Positions 51,221-64,000 of a stretch of 64,000 bases of DNA are shown here, piece after piece. This stretch comes from Podarcis gaigeae (lineage: Eukaryota): the NCBI GenBank assembly GCA_964106915.2, contig OZ066923.1. One strand, 5' to 3'. The stretch's first letter is position 1, and each line of letters opens with the position of its first letter. Made by a program: the position numbers and the translations under genes. The notes under the pieces are model-generated. The model did not search any database and was not told the origin of the DNA. It saw only the letters and a program-made list of their open reading frames with translations.

Positions 51221-52532
51221 ACAAACATTGGAAGCCTCTCTTGAGAGCAGGTATTTTTCTTCTATTTTGCACACCAATTTATCATGACATTTCAACTTGG
51301 TGTCATGTGCCACTTGCTTTTCTGCTTTTAATAAGTGAAAAGTTATCTATGTGCAATGTCTAAATTTTGGTGAGGAAAGAGTTTATATAAATCTTAACCT
51401 GTCAGTTTTCAAGGTTGTAGAAATTTCTACAGAGCTTGGCTTTTCACCCTTGATATGTGAAAATAAATGCGCAATACTAAAAAAATAAATGGAAATAAAT
51501 AACAAATGTTTCAATCATTAAAAGGTTTCTGATGGGAATAAGTTAACTGTTAAACTCTATGCTTCAAAAAAGCCGTGTTCTTCTAACTTTTTTTTTTTTT
51601 AAAAAAAACCCAAACCCTTAGGGCATTATTGCTTTGAAATTTCCATGATTTCATGATAAAGTGAAGCAGGACAGGATAACTGGAGAGTCAGAGCCATAAA
51701 CCATTCTCTCCTCCATTTTTAGTACACCTCTTAGTTCCAAGTCAGCCATATCTGTGACTTTTCAGAGCTCCCCGGTTGAAACCAGCTAGAAGACTGATAG
51801 CTACAATTTGGCAGGATATTTCATTATAACAGAGTTTTAAGTAGCACTGGTCTCCAAACAATTTGATTTTTTTTAAATGAAGGTGAGGTGGGTGATTTGT
51901 TTCTGAAATCAATAAATACCTGAATGTTTTAAACAGCATTGTCCTATGGATTTATTTATTTTAATGCTTTATGATTTGTTCCATAATTCAAGAACTGCCG
52001 GGCAAGTTCAGTTAAAAATAAAAACCATTATCATAATAAAGTCTACCTGTGCCCTCTTTACAAGGGGGGTCACTAGAAGCTACTTTTTAAATCTGTTGCT
52101 CCAAGCTTTAAAAAGTGAAAACCAGTCAAAGATTACCCTAGAACTTTGTGAAGCTTTAACTACAGTGTACATGCTTCTAGTATTACCTCAGCTTACAGCC
52201 CAATTCATGTATAATGACTTGGAAGCAAATCCCTAAGGGTGGTGTCTACTCTGAGGAAAACTTAGTTGAATACCACTCACTGCATTCAATAATAATAATA
52301 ATAAATTTTTATTTATGGGACTTCCCCTTTCAAACAAGTGGGACCGAAGCTTTAATTTCAAGCACTGGTTCCCAATGGAACACGATGGAAATATTATGTT
52401 TAAATAATGGGTGAACGAAATGATTTTGAACACAAAGTATAACACAGACTCCCGGACTTTTTAAAAAAAAATTCCCTTTTGTTAATGATATTACAACTTT
52501 GGCCTCACTTTCAGATCCTTGCATATGCATGT

Positions 52533-52910
52533 ATGTTTCCGAGCACAATTAAAAGTGTTGATTTAAAGGCCTAAATTGCCTCGGCCCAGTATACCTGAAG
52601 GAGCGTTTCTACCGCCATCGTTCAGCCCAGACACTGAGGTCCAGCTCCAAGGACCTTCTGGTGGTTCCCTCACTGTGAGAAGTGAGGTTGCAGGGAACAA
52701 GGCAGAGGGCCTTCTTGGTAGTGGCACCCACCCTCTGGCACCCTCCCATCAGATGTCGAGGAGATAAGCAAGTATCTGACTTTTAGAAGACATCTGAAGG
52801 CAGCCCTGTATCGGGAAGTTTAAAAAGTTTGGCAGTTTTTTATATTTTTATATGTGTTGGAAGATGCCCAGAGTGGCTTGGGCAACCCAGCCAGATGAGT
52901 GAGGTATAAA

Positions 52911-52956
<46 letters not shown>
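52533..52956 (+). mobile_element. L2 3' fragment with expanded (ATT)n tail
   Basis: Same family as 8722-9469; (ATT) about 15 units at 52911-52956. Confidence 0.87.
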
Positions 52957-54622
52957 GCAATTGTCAAGCTCATCAGACATTAACCAATCCTCTCTTATAT
53001 CAACACTACCAATGGGGTTTGACACACAGTAAGTTCCCATTCCAAAGTACCCTACTGCATATACTACAGAGATGAAATGTGTATGGCTGTTTGACTCTAA
53101 TATAACATACACTTAAAATACAATTTTCAGCTTATCAGCAATGCTCTTGAGAACTTCAAATAGAACAGGTGAGGGCACACACTGAGCTGAATATTCATTT
53201 TGGACACAGGCAGGACGTTGTGCGAGACTGCATATGAACCACGAGTAAACTTTCTATAAGCTAGAATCTAGACCAAGGCAGAGAGCAGCCATAAGTGTTC
53301 TCATTGTGTCAATTCACCTTAAAAGGGATGATGTATGTTCCAGGAAGAAAGGTGATCCTTCTTTCTTTGTAAGTGGTCTCACAATCAACCAGAAAGGAGA
53401 GGGGGAAAATATACTTTTATAATAGATATTCAATCTTTGGGGACTTGAAAGCTATCTTGATATTTAAGCATTTCACAGTTTTTGTGCAGAGACAAAAATT
53501 GAGTTGCTGTCCCTCACGCTCAGAGCATGTGAGGTAATAGATCTGCCTACATTGGAGAAGGGCCCAATTAGCGGAGCTGATTCCTGCCTTGGCAGTCAAT
53601 AGTCTGTCTATAAAGATATTTGGATGGCAGCTATTACATCCAATTAGCTATGTTTCTAACCCTCTTGTCTAATTGGCATTTAGAGTCAAAACATCTGTTT
53701 GTTCTATCATACTTTCTTGAACTATTGGAAGTCATACCTACTGCATCAAAATGTGCTAATTTTTCCATTTTACTTCATAAGCTTTCTCAAAGTACTTTAT
53801 TTCCCCCCCAGTCTAATATTTTGAGGGTAAAAGATGCAAGACATAGCTATCTATAATTCTAAGTGTATCATTGACTCCTTTCAAATGAAAAGATGGGAAT
53901 TGTGAAACAATTATTTTTGAAAATACAAAAAATATGGGAATAATCCATTTAAATTTGTGCCACATTCATGCCAATGATTTCAGTGGCAAATATACAAGTA
54001 TTCACTTATCACTTCCACTGAAATCAATGTTGCTTAAAAATGCCAATCTAATTGGTTTGTACCCCATCTTCTTTAAGTTATACATAGAATTAATAACTAT
54101 ATTAGCTCAATGCATGTTCTCTAGAAAAATAAACTTTTTACTTCACATTTTACACTAAATATTTAAAATTTTAGCACCACGTTGCACATTATAACAGTAT
54201 AATATTTATTCACTGTGGGAAACTTACCAGTATTTACTTTTAATATAGGGTTTTTATGTGAGAAAATTTAGCAAAAGAGAGACAGAGACAGAATAGAAAC
54301 CAATATAGTTTCCAACGTATTGTGAAATGTTTAATAAATACCTTCTTAAAAGTCTTGCTTTTCAAAATACTACATATTGTTTGAGCTCTTAGTCAGTATT
54401 TCCAGCTCTTCCAGTTTTAACAATTAAATGAATGAGATAAGAATTAGCTCTCAAAACGAACAGGAAAACCCCACAATCTTAGTAATTAGACACAAGGAAA
54501 AGACTTGTTCACTCGTTTAGGTAAATTAAAGAGATTTCAATAAGACAAAGCATGGCCCCTTCAGTACTGGAGTTGAGCTCCATCACAAAACAATCCGTAA
54601 AGTTAGGACATTTATTACTCAC

Positions 54623-54708
54623 ATACTATTGAAGAGCTCTCGGTATGTTTCATCACCTTTGCCTTCTGACATCAAGCTATCCAATTTGTCAATCAGTTTT
54701 GCTTCCAC
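54623..54708 (-). CDS. DOCK4: DOCK4 exon, 86 nt
   Basis: ttacag|GTG...AT|gtgagt; VEAKLIDKLDSLMSEGKGDETYRELFNS. Confidence 0.96.
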
Positions 54709-57516
54709 CTGTAAGTGACATATGTCTGCATGTAAAATGAGGGTATATACATTGTTGGGTAAAAAGGTTTTTGTTTTTCACAAAGGGCTTTCCTGCACAA
54801 TTGTCCTCATATGAAGAATTAAACATTTAAGTAAGATTCCTACATTGTTCCCATTCTTTGTAGAAATGATCTCACAGGAGCCTTCTCGTGTATGGCACAT
54901 ATGCAGCAATTTAAGAGCAGCAACATGACTTTAAACTACAGGCGTTTGCTGCTGCTAAGGCAGCTATTTATGGAGCCAAACAAATGTAGCAGACAACTTA
55001 ACTCCCCATCTCAAAATTCCAGCCCAGGCTGCAAATGAAAGACAACTATATGTATATCAGCATAAAAGCCTCTCTCTTTTTTCTTCCCCATTCCCCTTCT
55101 CTAAATCCCTAGATTAACATGATCATAACCCGCCTGCCTCTTTCAGCGCTGGGTGAGAAACAGAAATCTACTGCTACAGAAACCTACCCTTCCTCCAATA
55201 GTGCTGGGCCGAATGAAAGATGCTCTTAATTTTCAAACCAGCAAACAAGAGCAGTTAGGGAAATATGAGTTTGGTAGCTAAGGACCATTGCTTAAATACA
55301 CACACGGCTGTGTTTGTTATCAAGAAAATGTAGCAAGGTGGCTCTTTGCAGTTAATATTGCATCTGTAAATTGCCTCCTGTACAGTAATAAAGACAATTA
55401 GTGAACGAAAAACCCAGAGAAAAGGCTTGCTGTAGAATTATTAAGGAATGAATGATAGCCGGCGTCTTTCGTGATAATGAATAATGCACAGATAAATATG
55501 ACTGCTTGTACCCTGTTTATATGAAAACTGTTATCCCTGATAGAGTAACTGACAGTTTATCATAGCCTGCTTATATTGCATTCACTGCATTCCACTTTCA
55601 TTCCTTAATCTCCTCGCCCGCCCCGCCCCCCGCAAGATATCTGTGCAAACTCCTCTCCAGTTATTTTGCCACTTCACTTTCCAAATTCAGACACTGTGGC
55701 TTTGCTTCATTTGAAGTAGCAGGAAAGGGAACAGAGAGAAATGGTCTGAAGACACATCGAGGAGCAGGATACAAACTGCAAGAGCAGATGGCACAGTTAG
55801 TACTTCCTTAGTTGGCATCTTCTAGACTGTTTAAGTAGCAAAAAAAGGAATTGGATTGTGACACGGCTTGAGAAGTCACGAGGGTCAAGTCTTTGGAAGC
55901 GTGAACACTGAGGCACGTTAGTGACAAATCACAGTAGATAGATAGAACCTTGCATTCACTACTATAGTCCCACCCACCCCAGTTCAGTCCATAGCACATA
56001 TGCTGACACAAGCACTTCCTGTAACAGGACCTTTCCGCACAATCATTTTTTCAAGCAATAAAAGTGCAGCCGTTACTTGTCTGTTGCATAGGAGGCCAGA
56101 CATTTTCTTTCAAGTTTTTTCTCCTGCTGCAGTGCCTTAGGATTTCAACCGCTGCCTGGAACATGACTACATGCCACAGGCTACTACTGTTCTTGCCTGC
56201 AGTGAGTGGCATCAGCCAGCCATTCCATTCATTGAAGTTCATTTTAAAAGGAACTAGATGGATGAATGGTTTGACTCAAGTTTCTTATGATCAAATCTAA
56301 AATCCTATCTACCAAATGCAATGCACTACTCTCATCCACTTTCTTGCCATCGCTGCTCTCTTTAAACATTCATTTGCTATCTGTCCTGCTTCCTTTTATC
56401 ACGCCAACCTTGCTCTAGCTACCATTTCCCTCTATGCTTGCAACTTTTCCATTTGTGAAGCAAACTTCACCTTCAAATTCCTCCTCAAAATGCAGTTATT
56501 TCCGCTATTTAATCCTCTGCTACTCGTTTTTAGCAAACCAAATCCGCTTTCTCTTTGCCCTGTCCATCATATCTTGGCACCAAGGCATTTCGGTTTTCCG
56601 GCCATATTCCCTTCAACACTCATGTGCACCTGTGATAGCAGCACTTGCCAACTGCTTTTGGGTACAGAGGCACCTCCCACACCTGCAATCACCCAATATT
56701 CCCACAAGAAAGTTTCCTATCCATTTACCGAGCCATTTCCAAGGTTGTCATATTAACTTACAAAGCCCTGAACACCTTAGGCCCAGGGTCAGCCTTGGGG
56801 ATCACCTGAACCCTTATATCCCAGCTCGATCACAAAGATCATCTGCAGGAGCATCGCTGGTCATTCCTCGAGTTGCCAAGGCTCATTGGACAACAATAAG
56901 AAACCAAGGATTCAGCTACACAGGTGCAAATAAAACACTTTAAATCTGTTGTAAAGCGCAATATACAAATGTGACACTACATGGCGACAGTGAGCTATGC
57001 AAAATTCAATTTATTTTTCAAAATTTAAGAAAAAAGCATTTTCACAACTTTTTCTTATATGTGTGTAGATTCTACCCAAGTCTTTAGTGTCCTCAGCCTT
57101 GTCCTGTGGAATATTCTGCCAACAGAGTTTTATCAGGTGCATTCTGTGCCAAATTTTAAATGCCTGCTGGAAACATTTCTGTTCCACCAGGGCTATGCAG
57201 GTAATTAAGAACAACACATCTTCCCAGAATAGTTGATGTCTGCATTTAACTTTCAATAAGTTAATTTTTTATCGTATGGTTTTTATTGTTGGTTTTATGT
57301 ACTTTTGCTGTAAACAGCTCTGATTTTTTTCTGAAGTAGTAGTACATAAATTGTTAAACAAACAAGCAATAGGAATAGACATATTGGCACCTCTTGAAAG
57401 TATCTCCCCTTAGGTTGGCCACTCATTGCCAATTGTCTCTGAGTCCTTTGTTCCTGCACTCTTAATGAATGCAGAGTTCTGGGAGAAGGGGGGTCAGAAA
57501 TACTTTCCAGTGATAA

Positions 57517-58125
57517 TGTGATGGCCTGGGATTCGGACTCGGATGCTGAACCTGAGGAATCCCAGCCTGCACAGGATTTCCTGCCTCCAGAACCAGCAGA
57601 GCCGGGGCTGGGGCTTGAGCCTGAAGGGTCCTCACCTGTGCTGGATCCTCAGGTGCAGGCACCAGCTGAGTCTATTCTGGCTCCTGAGATGATGGAGGAC
57701 CCATTGCCTGCAGGTGCTCCACTCTCAGCCCCGTCAGGGGAAGCTGAGGTTGCCTCTGGGTCCAGTAACCCTCCAGCCTCTCCTGAGCTGCAGAGGCTCA
57801 GGGCAGAGAGGCGGAGGGAACTAAGTTCCCGCAAGAGGATTGCTCGCCTCCAGGCCAGGAGAGGTGAGTCACCTGTGGACCGGGGCCGCCCTATGCCTCG
57901 GGGTAGATAAAAGCCAGCCAGCCCCAGTCCCAAGTTGCGGGAGCAACATTGTTGGTAGCCAGTTCCTGCCTGCACCCTGTCCTGCTCTCCTGCCGGAGCT
58001 CCTGACCTCACCCGACTCCCTGCCCTGCACCCAGCTTCAACTTTGATGGACTGCCTCCATACTGCACCTTCGACCTCGGACTGGACTCGGACCTCGCCTC
58101 ACAGTTAACCCACGGGACCAGCACA
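57517..58125 (+). mobile_element. Solo LTR (Gypsy-like), 609 bp
   Basis: TG...CA ends with imperfect inverted termini tgtgatggcc / gaccagcaca; perfect 5-bp TSD gataa; TATA-like gataaaag at 57906. Confidence 0.85.
57521..57910 (+). CDS. LTR U3 ORF, 129 aa, acidic Pro-rich N-terminus and Arg-rich C-terminus (hypothetical)
   Basis: ATG 4 nt inside the LTR; uninterrupted to a TAA inside the TATA-like box; strongly bipartite composition. Confidence 0.45.
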   Translation: MAWDSDSDAEPEESQPAQDFLPPEPAEPGLGLEPEGSSPVLDPQVQAPAESILAPEMMEDPLPAGAPLSAPSGEAEVASGSSNPPASPELQRLRAERRRELSSRKRIARLQARRGESPVDRGRPMPRGR

Positions 58126-58450
58126 GATAACATGTCAGCTGGCTGCTCTGCCTCTGTCTCCCCCGCCCTTCTTCTAACACTTCCCAACTCTTCTGTTTGT
58201 CTGTCTCTGAGTCATGACCTTCCTCAAACCCCTCAAGTAATCAATGCTGCATTCCTCTTCTCCTGCAGGGTCAGGAGAATGGGGTGGGTGATCTCCACCA
58301 TCCCTCTTCCATCTCATCCCCTTGAGTCCAGTCTCTGATAACATCCCTTCTTCACACATGAAAAGAGAGAGAGGATGATGTCTGTTTTCACTTTGGAATA
58401 AACTCCCTTATATATGAACTCAGGAAACTGGTTTGTTCCAACTGGAGTTA

Positions 58451-58697
58451 AAGAAGAAGAAGAGTTTGGATTTGATATCCCGCTTTATCACTACCCTAAG
58501 GAGTCTCAAAGCGGCTAGCATTCTCCTTTCCCTTCCTCCCCCACAACAAAGACTCTGTGAGGTGAGTGAGGCTGAGAGACTTCAGAGAAGTGTGACTAGT
58601 CCAAGGTCACCCAGCAGCTGCATGTGGAGGAGCGGAGACGCGAACCCGGTTCCCCAGATTACGAGACTACCGCTCTTAACCACTACACCACACTGGC
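58451..58697 (-). mobile_element. tRNA/CORE-type SINE (Squam2-like)
   Basis: Minus head gccagtgtggtgtagtggttaagagc...gggttcgcgtc; CORE-like gtgaccttggactagtcac; (TTC)n tail. Confidence 0.8.
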
Positions 58698-58803
58698 TCT
58701 TAAAGCAAACCAGGATCAAAATATAGCGTGAGGGCTACCCATTGGGGTCAGGGAATTATTTCTCTTCTCTTAACCAGTTGACCAAAATAAAAAATAAAAA
58801 TAC

Positions 58804-58952
58804 CTGTTTAAAGTTGCCACTGCGCCTTTGCTCCCAGTCCATCATGTCATGGAAAATAGGAATCATTACATTTCGAAGATCCGGTTGAGGTATCAGTGTC
58901 ACTTCTAAGAACGGGCCAATCAGTGCTGGGATGAAGTGGACTTTGTGTTCCC
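58804..58952 (-). CDS. DOCK4: DOCK4 exon, 149 nt
   Basis: ttttag|GG...CAG|gtattt; EHKVHFIPALIGPFLEVTLIPQPDLRNVMIPIFHDMMDWEQRRSGNFKQ. Confidence 0.96.
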
Positions 58953-60379
58953 CTAAAACAAAAATGAAGCCAGATTGACTTGAACTACATTCAGGGATAA
59001 AGTACTGCAAAACAGAAATGATATAACTGTAAGATGGATTGAGTTATGTGACGTCATAAAGATCTACAGTACGTTTTGTCCAATAACGTTTTCAGCGTGA
59101 ATCATTTTATGAATAGATATAAGAGAAAGAAACCAAGGACAAGATAAAGATAGGCCTAATCTTACACATGGATGAGACTGCTCATGTCTCACAGAGATTT
59201 TGAGACTGGGATGTGGAGAAAAAATAGCTCGGCCTTCTTGAAGTGTTTTCCTAAGAAATGGGTCTCTCCACCAAACCAATTCGCACTGACTACCTTGTTA
59301 ACTGGAATGCAACATGAATCAAACGGGACTATGAAATAAATAAAATCCTCAAGAAACAATGATCAAACAGGACTAGAAGCAAAGATTGCATAGTACATGT
59401 TTTCTAAAAGGCCAGTTTTGTGTTAGAGGTACAAGCTGTTCTGGCATTCTTGTATCTGAATCTTCAGAGACTGGAGCAAGTGTGAGTACCCACCTGAATG
59501 TATATGCACATCAGGTAGAGGCAAAAAAGTGCACCCACCCTCCATTTTGTAGTCACAACAATGGAAGTGCAAATTTCACCTGTAGAAAAGGAAGCTGGCA
59601 CTTAGCTTTTGGGGGGGGGGGCAACGAATCCCTTTACAAACAAAAACAAAACAACTTAAGGGTGAAAGTTGCCCACTAAGAGTGTTTCTTTAATTGGAAT
59701 TAAAGAAGTTTTATTAATTTGAGAACCGCCCAATGGTCCATGAAGAAGTTACTGAAATACGTTGGCTGAAGTAACATAATGTTCTCTCTGGCAACAAACT
59801 AGTATTACCCATCAGATTAGCAATGTTTTCTAATCTGCATGGATATGGCAGCAAACAGATGAAGTAATCCCTGCTAATAGCACCAACAGATAGAGAGACC
59901 CAGGCATGGGTTGTGGCGCACAACATGCATTGTGTTGCTTCAATATAACCCTTCACATTATATTCACATATAATTGGTTTGGCACCCTTCAGAGTCTTGT
60001 TATTTTCCATTACGAAACTTGACAGCAAATTCGCTCGTGGGAGTATTTTCAAGTTCTCTATAATGTATGTGTTTTGAAAATACAGAAGATCAATACATGA
60101 CTCTTATCTGCATTCCAAACAACACTGGCAGTTCCAGTAGAATATAATATAATACTGTATGCCACTACAAACAATGTATAATGAACCCGCAAATAAAAAT
60201 GATGATATTCCTAAGGATCCCGTGATAAGAGCTAGGCCTTGGAGCTGAACGACAGTAACTCACAAATCCAAAGCATATCCTCCACCCAGATTATGGGGGG
60301 GGGGGGGCAGCAACCACAGCCCCCCAAGCCAGCAAGGGCCAGCACAGGTGACACAGCCTCCTTTTGAAAATAATAATAA

Positions 60380-60542
60380 TGAACAAATTCCTATGACCCA
60401 CAAATAACCTAGAGATGCATTTAAAATAAATGCACTCATTCTACACATGTAAAAACACACTGATTCCCGGACCGTCCGTGGACTGGATTTAGAAGGCAAT
60501 TGGGCCGCATCCAGCCCACGGGCCTTAGGTTGCCTACCCCTG
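60380..60542 (-). mobile_element. Truncated copy of the 14699-15091 hAT element
   Basis: Ends aggttgcctacccctg and abuts a Sauria SINE. Confidence 0.8.
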
Positions 60543-60869
60543 GTCTAAACCACTGAGCCTCTTGGGCTTGCCAATCAGAAGGTTGGCAGTTTGAATCCCC
60601 ACGACGGGGTGAGCTCCTGTTGCTCGGTCCCTGCTCCTGTCAACCTATCAGTTCGAAAGCCCATCAAAGTGCAAGTAGATAAATAGGTACAGCTCCAGCG
60701 GGAAGGTAAATGGCATTTCCGTGCACTGCTCTGGTTTCGCCATACTGGCCACATGACCCGGAAAAACTGTCTGCAGACAAACGTTGGCTCCCTTGGCCAG
60801 TAAAGCGAGATGAGCACAACCCCAGAGTCGTCTGCGACTGGACTTAACTGTCAGGGGTCCTTTACCTTT
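60543..60869 (+). mobile_element. Sauria SINE (5' end lost)
   Basis: Same family as 50863. Confidence 0.88.
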
Positions 60870-61082
60870 TTATCTTTCAGTATAATGTGCCCTTTTATTT
60901 CATTGGACTATTTTTGGCAAAGTACAATTATTTTCCCTCTGGATTTAACATACCATTTGTGTCTACTACAATAATAATTCAGTAAATTCTATCAACAGTT
61001 TTTTAAAAAAACAAAAACTAAACTAAACCCACCATACACACATTTTATAGAACATTGCCTGCCCATCATTTGGGGCATATAT

Positions 61083-61114
<32 letters not shown>
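61083..61114. repeat. (ATC)n microsatellite
   Basis: About 10 units; explains the poly-M ORF. Confidence 0.95.
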
Positions 61115-63777
61115 TATTTTCCAGCATCTGTCAAGGAAGAAGCAAAACAATATTTCCACGTGGATCTGCATTCCATCCCACCCCCTGTGATTCATAAAGC
61201 ATGTGAGTTCTGCATTTTATTAAGCTAATATTTCATTATAGACCATATAAACCTTGTTTGTCAATAGTCTGATCAGCAAACAAGCATTCAAAATTACTTA
61301 TTGACTCAAGTTGTAGAAGTGAGTCTCTACGCCTCTAGGAGGTATATCTGGCACCTTCATTATACAGTTTCTGGAGAATCCTGAAGACTCTCCTTTTTGC
61401 CCTGGCTTTTGACACTTCAGGTGTACTTATTTCTGTAATTGGAAGTTGCTGTAAACTGTTTTTAATATTGTGTTGTAATGCTGCGTTTTAATGTTGTCAC
61501 TCACTCTAGGACCTTAGGGTGCGGGGCGGGTAATAAATTTAATAATAATAATAATCCTAAAAAGTAAACTGAGGTGAAGTATCCAATACTCAATTTTCTC
61601 CTTTTGCCACTTAATCATAAGTTGCTTACCAAAATTTCTTATCAAATTCATAAACCTTAATCAAAGACTATTTATACTATTTACAAGCAATCATAAACAA
61701 ATTCAAATGAATAAAATCATTTTGTGGTGACATGGAATAAGCTAATAATTAACCCCTTTCATAAGCTTCAGTAAAATGTGTATCTTAATCCAAAATTAAA
61801 ATAGTAAAAGACAACTAGCTAGAACCATCATTAATTCATTGATATTGTAATTCATTCAACAATAAGTTGTAATTCATTCAGCGTTAGGGTAAAATAACCT
61901 TATCCAAAATGAAGCCATTCATTAATCAGTTAAATAAGGCGGTCCTTCATTAATGCATGTAACCAAAGTGCATTAACCAAATATCCAAAGAACTGAGATG
62001 AATCATTTAGATGTGACAACAGAATATCCTCAAAAAAGGTGTCCTTGTTGCTATTAAAGAACAGTGAATAGATAATTGTGTAGGGAGCAATCCTATGCCT
62101 GAGAAGCTGGTGTGAAGCAAGCCAGTGTAAATTAAGCTGGCATAACGTTATGCCAGATCCAAACCTGTTCAGCAGAGAAATTGCTGCTGCTCTACTTAAG
62201 CCTGGCAGAAAGAAAGAAAGCCTTTAAAACAGTGCTCTGTGTTGGGTTCCCAGGTCACATGACTGAGCTGAACAAGCTTGGGATTGAGCCTAAGTCCCTG
62301 CTCTCTGGGTCCAGCACACCACACCCCCTTGCACACCACTTTTTTTGGGAATTCCAGCAGCCTTGACTCAGCCAGCTTTGGTCCTGGCTGAGCCAGGATA
62401 GGAAAGTTATGCCAGCGTATATTTGGCTGACCAGAGTTGGCAACTTAATGCCAGCTGAGCCAGGTATATGAGATGGAGATGTGCCCTCATCCCAGCACAT
62501 CTTGCCATAGGATATCCCTCTGAATCAGTTAATCAATTTGATGGTTAATCAGTGGGGCAATTAGTTAAGAGATTAGCAGCCTTTTATTGACTCCAATTAG
62601 TCATCTAGGTAACTGGCTTGTTGTTAAGTGGTAAGCAGTCTTTTATACTTAGGGGAGGGAGAAATTACTCTGCAATAAATCATTTAGTCTAGAGATACTT
62701 ATCCAATGCTACAGCATATTAGTCTCTTAAACTGTCAGCTGCACCACCAAGTCAATTAGGTTTGTAACAAACAGGATGTTGTTGGCTAGTTATTACCATT
62801 TGCATCTTTAGACTTCAGCATCTTGCAAGCAAGTTTTCTGAACCAAACATCTTCCACATCTTTTGGCAAAGCTGGCGATGCTTAAACGCCTTGGCAGTGT
62901 TAGAAGGGGTGGTCTAATCACACTGTTGCCATCTGTCCTCTTTAGAGTATTACAGAATCATAGAATAGTAGAGTTGAAAAGCATCACAAGGGTCATCTAA
63001 CTCAACATCCTGCAATACAGGAATCATTTGCCCAATGTGGGGTTCAAACCCTGAGATAGCCTCAACCTCTATGGTCTGAGCTATTTCTGAAAGCAGGGGT
63101 GGGGTACTGTGGTTCCCCAGATCCTGTTGGACTACAACTCCCAGCACCCTCAGCCAACATGGCCAGTGGGCAGGGACCATGGCAGTTGTAGTCCAGCATC
63201 TGCAGGACCACCCAGCCTTCAAGAAACTGGGACCATCTAGCCCTGGTAAAGCAGAAACTGACATAAGACCCTTGCCAAAATTCTCAGCTCCACACTGTTA
63301 TTTGCAATGGCTAAGAAAGATACAGGGAAAGGGAATCTGCATTCCTCCTCCTTCTCCAGCCTCGATTTCCACCCATGTGTTTCTTAGAAGAGCAGGGATT
63401 GTACAATCCTGCAGGAAGTGAGAGTGGCAACTGACAGAGGAAGGCTCTCACTGCAGTTCCTGACTCCATCCGGCTATTTGGGTGTTTGGAATTAACATTG
63501 CTTGTGACTCTGTAGTCTAGAGCGGAGGAGGAGTGATGGTTGATAACAAGCAATATATTGATTAGAATAATCAACTTCAAGGTCTGAAGCACCTTCTGCA
63601 GATGTGCCACGAAACTGCATTCACCAGATGATAGTGGTCAATGGTTTACCACAATCCTTCAAAACAGTATATTAATAAGTATTGCCTCCAAATTTAAGGA
63701 TATGGAAGCAAGTGCAAGCTTTCAGGATCCACACATAAGATCTGTTTCACTTCTAAATCTTCATTTGTTAAGGCTTA

Positions 63778-64000
63778 CCGTATTTTTCGTCCCATAGGAC
63801 GCTCTGTCCCATAGGACGCACCTAGCTTTTGGGGGGGGGGGAATAAAGGAAATTTTTTTTCCCTTTATTTCCCCCCCAAAAGCAGGTCGGGGAAACCAAA
63901 CCAGGTCGAGGAAGGGCGCTGCACCTCCCTGAGCTTGTGGGGCTGGCCGATGTCTGCCTCAGGCGGCAGGCTGCTCTCCGCAGTGTGGGGAGCCCTGCGG
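63778..64000 (+). mobile_element. Left end of a Tc1/mariner-superfamily MITE (runs off window)
   Basis: TA|ccgtatttttcgtcccataggacgc with a repeated cccataggacgc motif. Confidence 0.7.

Larger units (their letters stand above)
1..58952 (-). other. DOCK4: DOCK4 gene span (partial; 23 coding exons, DHR-2 GEF domain to proline-rich C-terminus)
   Basis: Exons below splice in frame (2663 nt, phases consistent, no stops). Peptides match recalled vertebrate DOCK4, e.g. DWEQRRSGNFKQ, NGVIDAAVNGG, SPLSYPAVNRYSSSS. Confidence 0.97.

Noticed and set aside
56290-56640. ORFs 56316-56756 and 56434-56943
   Set aside because: They probably overlie decayed LINE fragments (stop-ridden minus frame, L2-like tail); there are no splice or homology signals.
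58953-64000. Next upstream DOCK4 exon
   Set aside because: The expected YGDMRV...MWQNL peptide was not found and is presumably outside the window.

Overview
Vertebrate genomic DNA, very likely from a lacertid lizard given the Sauria/Squam SINE content. The window lies inside the 3' half of DOCK4 (Rac GEF, DHR-2 domain and proline-rich tail) on the minus strand. I reconstructed 23 coding exons (58952 down to position 1) with GT-AG boundaries that join in one frame of 2663 nt; the gene extends beyond both ends. Introns hold Sauria/Squam SINEs; L2, CR1, RTE, Rex1 and L1/Tx1 LINE fragments; hAT, Tigger and Tc1 DNA elements; and a solo LTR. Best leads: (1) a solo LTR whose U3 carries an intact 129-aa acidic/basic ORF; (2) two near-identical 1.8-1.9 kb hAT elements in inverted orientation bracketing three exons, each with an internal 154-bp tandem array; (3) an in-frame 168-nt candidate cassette exon; (4) a 27-nt microexon; (5) a U12-type intron with a variant donor. 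Most ORF-track entries are spurious. All homology calls are from recall and no searches were run.
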